Shown here piece by piece: positions 36,401-43,051 of a stretch of 52,901 nt of DNA. Numbering within the stretch: the stretch's first letter is position 1; each line of letters starts with the position of its first letter. The notes under the pieces are model-generated. The model searched no databases, had not been told where the DNA came from, and worked only from the letters and a program-made list of their open reading frames with translations. Origin of the DNA: a virus; the IMG/VR virus record IMGVR_UViG_3300039008_000061, positions 1 to 52,901 of that record, one strand, 5' to 3'. Position numbers and translations under genes: made by a program.

Positions 36401-37658
36401 ATATATGGCTAGCATACCCAAAGGGGCTGGGCAGTTCTTCGAGAAATACCGAGACTTCTCCGACTCTATGGAAAATGCAAACCGAGTATCTACATACGAC
36501 GCTTCCTTAAAAGCTAATAAATCCAAAAAGCAATCAGCGTTTGAGGCTAGAGACTTTATGGATTTTGGTTTGCAAGGAAATTTCTCTGCAATGCAATTCC
36601 TGACCGATGTAATCCCATTTTTAAACGCTAGAATGCAAGGCCTTTATAAACTCTACAGATCTGGAAAAGCTGGAGAGGGTGAGTCATTTGCAAAAGTACT
36701 TAGTAAAGAATTGGCTATAAAAGGAATGTACGTTGCTAGCTTCTCACTTGCGTTAGCACTTTATAATATGGACGACGAGCGCTATGAAGAATTGCCCGAC
36801 TGGGACAAGGATGCAAATTGGCATTTCTTCAACGGTGAAACTCATATAAGAATCCCTAAACCCTTTGAATTGGGCGTCATATTTGGAACTGTACCAGAAC
36901 GTTTGTTTATGCGAACCATGGGGAAACAGAACAACAAAGACTTAGAAAGGTCTATGACGCACGCAGTAACTTCTACTCTTGCTATGAACCCGTTTCCTCA
37001 AATTATAAAGCCCGGCTTTGAAGTTTGGGCTAACTACGACTTTTTCAGCGGTAGACCTATTGATAGCTTTTCCGATCAATTCAAGCGCCCACAAGATAGA
37101 TACTCAATGTATACCACTGAAACTGCCAAGATTATAGGTGATGCTTTTGGTGCAAGCCCTCAAAAAATCGAGCACCTTGTAAGAGGTTATGCGGGAACGC
37201 TTGGTTCGTATGTTTTGAGTTCAGCGGATATCATAGGGAACAGTTTTGCTACGGCCACGGGGAAAGGTGAGTTCAAGATAAATGAATTTGATGATCTTTC
37301 GCTAATAAGAGCTTTTGTTAAGACTGGTGAAGTGGGTGGCACCTATTACGGTGAACAGTTCTACGATACTTTGCAGGAAATAAACAGCCTATATAAACAG
37401 TACGTAAATGCGAATCAGGAGCAAGATGAAGAAGCAGCAGAAGAAATATTAAAAGAAGGCGCTAGTAAACTTGAATACAGAAGTATGTTTAACAAAACTC
37501 AAGCGTACCTCAACAAGTTAAACCATCAACGTAACGTTGTTTGGAAAGATACCTCGATACCGCTTAAAGAGCGTGAAAAAATAGTAGACGATATAAATAG
37601 AGAAAAAAATGCGGTTTATCGCTATGTGGTGCTTGAGTATAGAAAGATGAACGACTAG
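30441..37658 (+). CDS. Giant (2405 aa) polyvalent virion protein with pyrophosphatase-like and zincin-like modules
   Basis: KGKVRLHGLDISIENPKGS...GADGDSIDVFIGDN (nt ~32163-32600) is close to the family-I PPase signature. HEWFH lies at nt 33762-76 with EMAARAFE downstream. The C-terminal ~700 aa include a hydrophobic segment. Confidence 0.6.
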   Translation: MSNFFDQFDESQQRNKSNFFDKFDDATKASPEEKGTLSQVGSAFGAGIDKMQELGYRAVKGFTDVGVPQEEQTNALGRAIGQGGSLSRWLDEGIARNIEEQKAYTPSVASYKDIDSIGDAASYVGEMTAQSVPMMATALSPAGLLAMGGGLSNEAYEAQPEDNKQPWRATASGFGQAGLERLGVETAIGRVFGGEGKKFVKRVGQSMLGEGATETGQEALAQWGSGKSLDEFEGLDEAFVGGALVGGTIRTGTEAGKAAYDKYRGERPELSDIEETDLTQSASSAESVIPDPSADIGPAQDQAVTGNEIEIIPGETAGDSQPNWQFGQNDMPYRGEVTPYVYDGENEQYRETPNSVPVGAALEAPIIDGEFERPRGLPNRADTIIGEDGRSMQQAQEFADSVGQASNRALPFDDVIYAEDKRNVQVKRNGQPFGGRRAAELTKEFRQAKEQGFNPQVIKVNGGYGWVSEGDNVGLDTGSVEQSSDLQVGGAGVALPRDVRGDNGGRLRESADGTTGTGDAENIALAARRDTNDDALGAEAEGYPTSEGAAELDAGSQVNAIDAAANEAATSPTNDRPEPTEAQKEAGNYKKGKVRLHGLDISIENPKGSTRKGKDQDGKEWSSEMKHHYGDIKGTTGADGDSIDVFIGDNPESQKVFVVDQVDPKTGNFDEVKVMMGFDDAETAKSGYLSNYDKDWKGLGEITEASVEDFKAWTKRPRKSKQPFALPAKPKSEEVAVKDQEDWGEKITTARKNISVRWNENSTDDEISSKPLSKTWPEKEFDDVGDAYASAFAFAARGEIPRKPNQSYKKQRWVEKVKNYRQLVKDNVVDGLLTGKITKEKMKELGGKRNLQDFFAKVDLLSELDRKDWGKVERVLSYPDSMDFNPKTDKLDIPNPKTYVRINGRNREFNSTDPKVLAEQIKPFLEEKVEKPQMKFEVRGRKGSYFVNKKGDPEYTRLATFDSSKEAFDFIKNNNSKLVESWESHKARVNVTKADIRNKVNKPRTGEDYRNGKNATAEDFQNTFGIKRGTFGKWVKQGKERQDMLNGTYDALMDLANITGVPPRALSLEGKLGFAFGANGRGKAMAHYEPGEVVINLTKTKGAGSLAHEWFHALDNYFQKKRDTLPTTEKGNFITHNPETYYIGPRGYSVPESRFKDMRGINKNEWRRVEGVRPEVAVSFKNLVDTLNGLDFAKRSSRLDKGKAGGYWSSNLEMAARAFESYVKAKMNANGYDNDFLANVTSATDFVRDDSRYPYIKADEIAEVEAAFDDLFNTIESKENDSGDVALFSTTGTVAGNTNARTISRSNANEIVSRFVKGLTSAGKNYVSVVSSYDDLPTEIKDAAKAQGVEYQVKGVFHKGKVHVVLDQHTSALDMETTLFHEAYGHLGIKNLFGDDITKKLNSLFIANGGLQGLRETAKRHGINLEKYIKGLDKTNMPQEMKNRVLMDELLAHLQQSNKPSVKRLAREIVGLIRDKLRKLGLPGLSKVTDSDLFYILKKARDAAKKGDTQNGDARFMFDDKGASVDSEISSEPTSFRVGEEGNQSENKLMESAKQKLGLKENEAKSIVSKVKEAWKDVNYTEAKNRVKEGLFDSLYGIKKAEDAQNVSLEKSGYVSARLAQGVGDVIHATMFYGSPEWRDGIVQKKEGTKGLLDIFSQLDSSELNDWLAWMGGNRANVLMKQGRENNLNKSEIEELQSLNIGREELFNKVKEEYNAANSAVLKLAIDSGLLDSDVMNKFESEWYVPFFRAEDPTDINEVIKGPTSPNGIANASAQIKTLKGGEQSTKDILQNILQRQATLIDASMKNKAMLEVAGNLDGTPFMKKVKLNKIQIDAITKKRLAKKATPYVSVNENGETQWYEVLEPSLLRALMQLNVKRSDNPLMKLSRAAKRYLTTGVTLSPTFIIRNYLRDGVHGWMINKDKFVFGLDSVKGAVKTWKKDQSTIDLMFAGASFQGGYVHANDPEQGAQQIRRALRKKGLSESAISKYMASIPKGAGQFFEKYRDFSDSMENANRVSTYDASLKANKSKKQSAFEARDFMDFGLQGNFSAMQFLTDVIPFLNARMQGLYKLYRSGKAGEGESFAKVLSKELAIKGMYVASFSLALALYNMDDERYEELPDWDKDANWHFFNGETHIRIPKPFELGVIFGTVPERLFMRTMGKQNNKDLERSMTHAVTSTLAMNPFPQIIKPGFEVWANYDFFSGRPIDSFSDQFKRPQDRYSMYTTETAKIIGDAFGASPQKIEHLVRGYAGTLGSYVLSSADIIGNSFATATGKGEFKINEFDDLSLIRAFVKTGEVGGTYYGEQFYDTLQEINSLYKQYVNANQEQDEEAAEEILKEGASKLEYRSMFNKTQAYLNKLNHQRNVVWKDTSIPLKEREKIVDDINREKNAVYRYVVLEYRKMND

Positions 37659-37862
37659 TTATACAATCTGACAAATTAGACCAATAATAAAAAGAAAGAA
37701 GCATGCCCAGCCTAAGTTTGTAGCCTCATCGTTTTTTGAGTCCTTAAAAATATGAGCAAGCAAGCACAAAAGCACCAAGCCAATCGTAAGCGATAACGCT
37801 ACGCTAACCTTGGCTATCAAAGTGATTATTAATGCAACAATAAATATACTGGTGAGTAACAA
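37659..37862 (-). CDS. Small multi-TM membrane protein (moron)
   Basis: 67 aa, almost entirely hydrophobic. AT-rich relative to the rest of the genome. Confidence 0.5.
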   Translation of the reverse strand: MLLTSIFIVALIITLIAKVSVALSLTIGLVLLCLLAHIFKDSKNDEATNLGWACFFLFIIGLICQIV

Positions 37863-37962
37863 TTTTTAGCCTTAGGTTAAGTATTGATGTAAAGTAATGA
37901 CAGTACACTAACTGCTCTTTGTGTTGCAAAGTAAAACTAAAATAATAGTTAAAGGAATAACA

Positions 37963-38748
37963 ATGAAACTGAACCTAACTCGAGTCATCCTATTCGGATG
38001 TACATTTATATCATATTCAAATCATATTGTAGCGTTCCCTTTCTTGGCAAAAAATAAAGATGAAATAGTGCTTACTAATTCATTTAGTGAACGAAATGAT
38101 CTGTTGGGAGTTAGTTCTGGTAATACACCCAGCGTTAATGGTGCATATATCGTGTCTCAAAAAAGAGACGTCGATTTATATGAAGCTAAAATGCTGAAAT
38201 TAGACGATTTGATTTTAGACGGAAATATAGTCTATGCAACATCAATTTTAAGAATGTCTCTTCCTAGTAAAGATAGATGGATGGAGGTGATTAATAGAAT
38301 TTCCTTCAACTGCGCTGCTAATTCATGGGCGGTTGTTAGTGCCGTTATAAAAAACTCTTCTGTGGAAAAAAATGTTTTATATTCATTTACGTTTGAAGAG
38401 CTAAATTGGTCGGCTGACTACTATGAAAATGAAGGAGAAATCCTGCCATTAGTTTGTTCTATTTTAAGCAATAGAGAGTCTGCAATTGCTAAAATAACTG
38501 AAACTCATCACAATAACTTAAGCACTATCGATATAGACGCTATAAGAATTGTAGAGCTGTTTGACCCTAATTACAGCACGCAGCATTTAACACCTCTTGG
38601 TAAGTACCTTTCTGAGCACAATGAAAAATTTGGATATTCCTTAGTCTATATAAGCTATTGGGAAGCCTACGAGAAAATGAGGGCAGCGGATAAAAAAACA
38701 CTACAAGGCATGGTGGATTTCATTAACGACGTATTTAATGACTTATAA
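37963..38748 (+). CDS. Secreted protein of unknown function (moron)
   Basis: Signal-peptide-like MKLNLTRVILFGCTFISYSNHIVA, AAGGAA upstream of ATG 37963, AT-rich. Confidence 0.55.
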   Translation: MKLNLTRVILFGCTFISYSNHIVAFPFLAKNKDEIVLTNSFSERNDLLGVSSGNTPSVNGAYIVSQKRDVDLYEAKMLKLDDLILDGNIVYATSILRMSLPSKDRWMEVINRISFNCAANSWAVVSAVIKNSSVEKNVLYSFTFEELNWSADYYENEGEILPLVCSILSNRESAIAKITETHHNNLSTIDIDAIRIVELFDPNYSTQHLTPLGKYLSEHNEKFGYSLVYISYWEAYEKMRAADKKTLQGMVDFINDVFNDL

Positions 38749-38770
38749 AAAGCCAGTCTCTGCGACTGGC
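38747..38770 (-). terminator. Terminator after the bro-like gene (hairpin shared with the convergent moron)
   Basis: GCCAGTC (38752-58) pairs with GACTGGC (38764-70). A T5 run follows on the minus strand only. Confidence 0.6.
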
Positions 38771-38789
38771 CTATAAAACTTATCAATTT

Positions 38790-39602
38790 TTAATTTACAA
38801 TTCTCATTGCCTTTTGAGGCGAGAGATTTTCATTTAGTGACTTTCCTGCACGGGCAAGTGATTCCACGTGTTCATAGGTATTTGCCCATAGCTTACGGTT
38901 TATCGCTTTTATCCCTTCGCCAATACCTTCATGCCAGCGCTGATGAACAAATGCTGCGTGATGCATCAGTAGGTTAACTTTTTCTAATTGCTTTTCATTT
39001 AGCGCAGCCTGATTGCTACTCTTAGATTTTGGAAGCCACTCTCCCTCCACTGAATAAGCCGCAATGAAGTTTCTAGCGCTATCCAATTTGTCGGCTGGTA
39101 TGTCTTGAGCCGAAACTACGCTAAAGGCTTTATGCACCTGTGACCATATATGATTTTTAAAGCGTTTACGCTCGCTACTTTGGATGTGCTTTACTTTCCC
39201 GTCGAGTACTGCGGCAAGGCAATGAAACCCATCAGTACCTATTGTTTGGCCTATCAAAGTACTCATATTGTTTGCTTGATCAGAATAGCTTCCGTGTTTG
39301 CGAATTGAAGGTAACACCTCAGAAGTGACCCATTTCTTGAATCGTTTAGCTTCTTTTTTGCGGCTGCGAAGTATTGCAGAGTAAAGTCCTGATTCGTTTA
39401 TTGTCAGAGCGCCACGATTTCCAAAACCGACAATTTGTCGGTTTTGAACTTCGTCAGCATCTAGCCGCCTTGTCATCGCTTGCGTATCTGTATACGAAAG
39501 CGCATTAGCAACATCCATAGCTATAAACCAAGGTTGGTTTTCAATAACAATAGTGCGGACTTCATTTGATTCAAAGTTGAAAGGGATGATTTGAGCAGCC
39601 AT
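38790..39602 (-). CDS. Bro-N domain antirepressor-like protein
   Basis: FNFESNEVRTIVIENQPWFIAMDVANALSY...TINESGLYSAILRSRKKEAKRFKKWVTSEVLPSIRKHG. Confidence 0.85.
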   Translation of the reverse strand: MAAQIIPFNFESNEVRTIVIENQPWFIAMDVANALSYTDTQAMTRRLDADEVQNRQIVGFGNRGALTINESGLYSAILRSRKKEAKRFKKWVTSEVLPSIRKHGSYSDQANNMSTLIGQTIGTDGFHCLAAVLDGKVKHIQSSERKRFKNHIWSQVHKAFSVVSAQDIPADKLDSARNFIAAYSVEGEWLPKSKSSNQAALNEKQLEKVNLLMHHAAFVHQRWHEGIGEGIKAINRKLWANTYEHVESLARAGKSLNENLSPQKAMRIVN

Positions 39603-39839
39603 GACGGCCTCCTGTTTGTATATTTTGAGATTAGAGCCACTGGTTTAATTGGCGTCGGGAGGCTCAAAACGACCAAACAGAGTCGCGGAGTTATTTCCCT
39701 AAAAAGGGTATTTTATTCCTCGCCCTCCCGACATAGAAAGCTATGTATATTCATCCTAACGGATTTTGGGCATAAAAAAACCAACGCTATCGGGGCTGGA
39801 ATGGTCCGCTGTCTGATGAGGTTTTGAGTCCTCATCGTC

Positions 39840-39868
39840 AAAATAGCTTTAAATTATAAAGTTGTCAA
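39840..39868 (-). promoter_or_regulatory. Candidate promoter of the bro-like gene: TTGACA-N17-TATTTT
   Basis: Minus-strand -35 at 39868..39863 and -10 at 39845..39840. This leaves a 5' leader of about 230 nt. Confidence 0.45.
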
Positions 39869-39942
39869 TATTTTAAAAAACTATCAACCGATACTTAGCG
39901 TACAGAACCTTAGCTTCTACCCTTCTAGAAATCCCATTCAAA

Positions 39943-39962
39943 TACTGTGTATAATAACAGTA
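39943..39962. promoter_or_regulatory. Canonical LexA (SOS) box overlapping a TATAAT -10
   Basis: TACTGTGTATAATAACAGTA compared with consensus TACTGTATATATATACAGTA. Both 6-nt arms are identical. TATAAT lies at 39950-55. Confidence 0.75.
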
Positions 39963-40150
39963 TGCAAAAGAAGTTACTCATTTACCGAAACGGCGAACAT
40001 ATTCAGACGGTAACCTATGTCAAAGATCATGGCGTTTGGGTTGCTACTCATTTCTTTCACGACAAGTACATGCCATTTGCTTTGCACTCACCTTTGTCAG
40101 ATCAAAAATCATCTATGGAAAATGAAGGGTTAACGTGGGAGTGGATCTAA
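39962..40150 (+). CDS. 62-aa protein from an apparently leaderless, SOS-controlled transcript
   Basis: The A of ATG 39962 lies 7 nt after TATAAT and is the last base of the SOS box. There is no SD. Confidence 0.5.
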   Translation: MQKKLLIYRNGEHIQTVTYVKDHGVWVATHFFHDKYMPFALHSPLSDQKSSMENEGLTWEWI

Positions 40151-40173
40151 CCAAACGCGATCATTCAAAGCGA

Positions 40174-40202
40174 GTGTCATTTGCGTGTCATTGCGTGTCA
40201 TT
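40174..40202. repeat. Three tandem GTGTCATT repeats (candidate integrase arm-type sites)
   Basis: GTGTCATT occurs at 40174, GCGTGTCATT at 40183 and 40193, and a fourth GCGTGTCATT at 40358-40367 on the other side of the core. Confidence 0.5.
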
Positions 40203-40228
40203 TTTTAGTGGTGCTTTAGTGGGGTGGT

Positions 40229-40265
40229 AGTAGCTAAACCCTTGTTTGGTGGGGGTTTAGCTACT
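40229..40265. other. Perfect 13-bp hairpin next to the att core
   Basis: AGTAGCTAAACCC (40229-41) pairs with GGGTTTAGCTACT (40253-65). It lies 7 nt beyond the CCA end of the tmRNA segment. Confidence 0.6.
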
Positions 40266-40272
40266 CCGTAAT

Positions 40273-40301
40273 TGGTGGAGCTGGCGGGATTTGAACCCGC
40301 G
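40273..40301 (-). other. ssrA: attP core: 3'-terminal segment of tmRNA (ssrA), T-arm plus acceptor 3' strand plus CCA
   Basis: The minus strand reads CGCGGGTTCAAATCCCGCCAGCTCCACCA. E. coli ssrA ends in CGCGGGTTCAACTCCCGCCAGCTCCACCA. No 5' half is present, and the integrase gene is adjacent. Confidence 0.75.
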
Positions 40302-40342
40302 AGATAAAATATTTAAACCGTTGTTTTAGAAAGTAATTTATT

Positions 40343-41551
40343 TTAGTTGATGACCGTGCGTGTCATTTGTGTGTCTTTTTGGTTCGTTTTCTCATATTCT
40401 TCGATAAATCTTCCGTAATGCCTAAATAGCATTTCAGGCGAAGCATGCCCCATCCAATTTGCCAACTGCCACAGGTTTACACCTTGGCTTATGTGCCTGG
40501 TCGCAAACGTATGTCGCATTTGGTAAGGGTAGCGATAACGAACACCTGCAGATTTTAAGATCCGTGACCATTTGTGTTTTCTAAATGAGTCAGGATTGAT
40601 CCGATTCATTTCCCCGCTAGGAAGTTGAACCGGCATCCCAATTTTTTGAGGGAATACAAAATCGCCAGCAATAAATGATAAAGCCTTTTGATCACTCAAC
40701 GCTTGCAGGGCTTCATCATTTAACGGGATCGCACGTTTACCAGCATTCGTTTTGGTTCCTTTCATTTGGTGGTGAACGATTGCCACTTTCACGACCACTA
40801 TCTTATTAATGAAGTCTATGTCTTCCCATCGCAACGCTGACCATTCACTAGGTCGCATACCTGTATTGAACACAAACTTAATTACATTCACTTCCCAGTC
40901 TTTTGCGTGTTTAATAATGGCGTCAACTTCTTCAGGATTGAATGGGTCAATGTCATTGTGATCACCATCAAGGTTTACTTTGTTGTCTTTTTCAACATAG
41001 TTTGAAAGCTTAATAGTATCGATAGGGTTTATGTCTACTAGACCATCAGTCAAAGCTTCAGCTAGTGCGCTTCTTAAATAGCTAAACTTATTGCGCAATG
41101 TCTTCGGTGAATTACCCGACTTTCTAACAAAGTCTTTGAGTAGAGCGGGGGTGAGCTCGCTTACTGGTATATCGTGAAGAGTAGACAACGACTTTTTCAG
41201 TTTCCGATACCCTTCAAGTGTGGAAGGTGAAAGGCCACGTAATTTGGCCGCGTCCTGATATTCATCTAAGTAATCAAGTACGGTTTTCGTTCTGTCTACC
41301 TGCCTGCCAAAAATACGAAGCTTGGCAGAATTAGGAAAGTAGTCAGCATACTGAAAAGTTTTTCGCTCAATGGCGTTTTGAATTTCGCCTAGTAGGTTAT
41401 CTGCGTATTTAATATTTCTTGTTGTGGGTTCAATCCGCAACACCTCACGGCAGCGAACACCTTTATAGGTGAACGCTACCTGTAATGATTCGCTGGCACG
41501 GTTCTGCTTTATGCTTACGCCGCGCGGCAGCTTCCTCCGTTTCTCGCCCAT
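40343..41551 (-). CDS. int: Tyrosine integrase
   Basis: C-terminal YQMRHTFATRH...LANWMGHASPEMLFRHYGRF (R/H-x-x-R/H/Y pattern). The N-terminus is arm-binding-like, LPRGVSIK. Confidence 0.9.
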   Translation of the reverse strand: MGEKRRKLPRGVSIKQNRASESLQVAFTYKGVRCREVLRIEPTTRNIKYADNLLGEIQNAIERKTFQYADYFPNSAKLRIFGRQVDRTKTVLDYLDEYQDAAKLRGLSPSTLEGYRKLKKSLSTLHDIPVSELTPALLKDFVRKSGNSPKTLRNKFSYLRSALAEALTDGLVDINPIDTIKLSNYVEKDNKVNLDGDHNDIDPFNPEEVDAIIKHAKDWEVNVIKFVFNTGMRPSEWSALRWEDIDFINKIVVVKVAIVHHQMKGTKTNAGKRAIPLNDEALQALSDQKALSFIAGDFVFPQKIGMPVQLPSGEMNRINPDSFRKHKWSRILKSAGVRYRYPYQMRHTFATRHISQGVNLWQLANWMGHASPEMLFRHYGRFIEEYEKTNQKDTQMTRTVIN

Positions 41552-41709
41552 TCTTCCACCGCCTTAATATCGATCCATCGCTCGCGAACTTTGTTTATTT
41601 TATAATAGTGTACACCTTCAACCCAAATGCCGCGCTCTATTCTTGCTTCAACTGCGGCCTTGGTTTCATGGCTCATTGCACAATAAGCTTTTAAAGGAAC
41701 CACGTTCAT
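41515..41709 (-). CDS. xis: Excisionase-like protein
   Basis: 64 aa, overlapping the int start by 37 nt. VEGVHYYKINKVRERWIDIKAVEEW is wHTH-like. Confidence 0.6.
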   Translation of the reverse strand: MNVVPLKAYCAMSHETKAAVEARIERGIWVEGVHYYKINKVRERWIDIKAVEEWARNGGSCRAA

Positions 41710-42317
41710 AGCTTAACTCCTTTAGAGTTATCCAGCATATCTAACAATCTGCCCTTACTTAACGGAGCCCTCATAGGGGAATTTTCCTCTAACTCATCGC
41801 TGTAATTCATCTTAGGCCGGATTAAATGTATGTATAGGCTTTCAAGCGCATCAAGCTTACCCTCGTCACAGGTTATGTAGCAGTATGAGTCAAATTTACC
41901 AAGGTTATCCCTGACGTGAGATCCTAGCCTACTGAGCAATTTCTTACTTTGACCAACGTAAACAACTGCGCCATCCTTTATTAGAAAATAAACGCCAGAA
42001 GATAGACCAACAGAAGTCGCCTTGCTTACTATCTTATGCTCTCCCATAAGCTCCTCGCCTAAACATGCGTGAGCTGAGGTCATAACTCTATTACAAAAAC
42101 GCTCCCTTTCCTTGATGTACCTATTGATATGAATGCTGCTGTATCGTTTTACGTTGCCCTTAATTAGCTCTATCGGCTTAGGGAAATCAGGGTCAAAATC
42201 TGGGTGCCTGGGGTTTGTAATTCTTTCGAAATCAGCTTCCTCCATGCCTAGGTGCTTCAACAAGCTTTCTTTTGTTAATAATCTGCAATCAGCAATTTTT
42301 CTTAGCTTTCCACTCAC
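41706..42317 (-). CDS. AlpA-like HTH + GIY-YIG nuclease-domain protein
   Basis: GVYFLIKDGAVVYVGQSKKLLSRLGSH...Y...LESLYIHL (GIY..YVG motif). The N-terminal HTH is tentative. Confidence 0.65.
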   Translation of the reverse strand: MSGKLRKIADCRLLTKESLLKHLGMEEADFERITNPRHPDFDPDFPKPIELIKGNVKRYSSIHINRYIKERERFCNRVMTSAHACLGEELMGEHKIVSKATSVGLSSGVYFLIKDGAVVYVGQSKKLLSRLGSHVRDNLGKFDSYCYITCDEGKLDALESLYIHLIRPKMNYSDELEENSPMRAPLSKGRLLDMLDNSKGVKL

Positions 42318-42541
42318 GCTGCTTTCCCCTTCAATACACTTTCAAGATAAACGATGCGTTCAATGTCTTCGCGAGCGCGAATTTTAACCGTTTCAACTCG
42401 TCCACCAAGCCACTTGTCTAAGTCAGGGTCATAGATAAATAAGTTACTGTTGGTTTCTCTAAAGTAAAAGTAGGCTCCATTATAGAGCGTGCAATGCGTC
42501 CAGCCTTCAGGCCCATTCGCTAAGATCTCTTGGTTAGTCAT
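42314..42541 (-). CDS. Hypothetical protein
   Basis: 75-aa ORF with overlapping junctions. Confidence 0.6.
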   Translation of the reverse strand: MTNQEILANGPEGWTHCTLYNGAYFYFRETNSNLFIYDPDLDKWLGGRVETVKIRAREDIERIVYLESVLKGKAA

Positions 42542-42698
42542 TGGCTTGCTCCTTTATTTTATTTTCAATCAACTTGCATATCATCGCGCCAATTGCTGCG
42601 GTGTGCGTGAACAGCAGGTATAAATGGTCTAATTCCAACCAGTACCAAATCATAAAGAACAGGAAGCCACCGATAGAGAGTTGGGTGCTGTATTTCAT
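42534..42698 (-). CDS. 54-aa membrane peptide
   Basis: ATGA overlap with the upstream gene and AAGGAGCAAGAG RBS. Hydrophobic LSIGGFLFFMIWYWL. Below the track cut-off. Confidence 0.45.
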   Translation of the reverse strand: MKYSTQLSIGGFLFFMIWYWLELDHLYLLFTHTAAIGAMICKLIENKIKEQAND

Positions 42699-43051
42699 CA
42701 CTCTTGCTCCTTGCCGTGATACCCTGACTTTTCACAACACTCTAAATATTTAGCGTTGACTTTCTCTTTGGCTTCTTTGGTAAGAATGTCGCACCATGTG
42801 TAAGTCCTTTCATGTTCGCGTTCACCACACAATTCAACTATCCCCTTGGCGTAAGCACTATCACCACAGTTCAAGCGCTTTTCAATATCAGCTATATGCT
42901 CTTCATAGGTAACAGCGAAATGCTGCGGCGAGTCCAGCATTGTGTCGTAAATGCTGAAATAAACTAAAAGCGTAATATCCGAAAAATCAAAATCATTTAT
43001 AGCTGGATTAGTCAGAGGCATTGATATTTTTACTATTACTGGTCGCATCAC
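42698..43051 (-). CDS. Hypothetical protein
   Basis: 117-aa ORF ending in ...KEQE. Confidence 0.6.
   Translation of the reverse strand: MMRPVIVKISMPLTNPAINDFDFSDITLLVYFSIYDTMLDSPQHFAVTYEEHIADIEKRLNCGDSAYAKGIVELCGEREHERTYTWCDILTKEAKEKVNAKYLECCEKSGYHGKEQE

Noticed and set aside
30441-37658. Giant ORF as a tape measure protein
   Set aside because: It contains enzyme-like globular modules. No tail tube, sheath or chaperone genes are nearby, and the context is an internal-protein operon.
39774-39799. Intrinsic terminator in the bro leader
   Set aside because: It has only a 5-bp stem with a G-U pair before the U7. It is kept as part of a finding but is too weak for a feature call.
40273-40301. 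A tRNA or tmRNA gene
   Set aside because: Only the T-arm, acceptor 3' strand and CCA are present. There is no 5' acceptor strand, D-arm or anticodon arm, so it is an att-site fragment.
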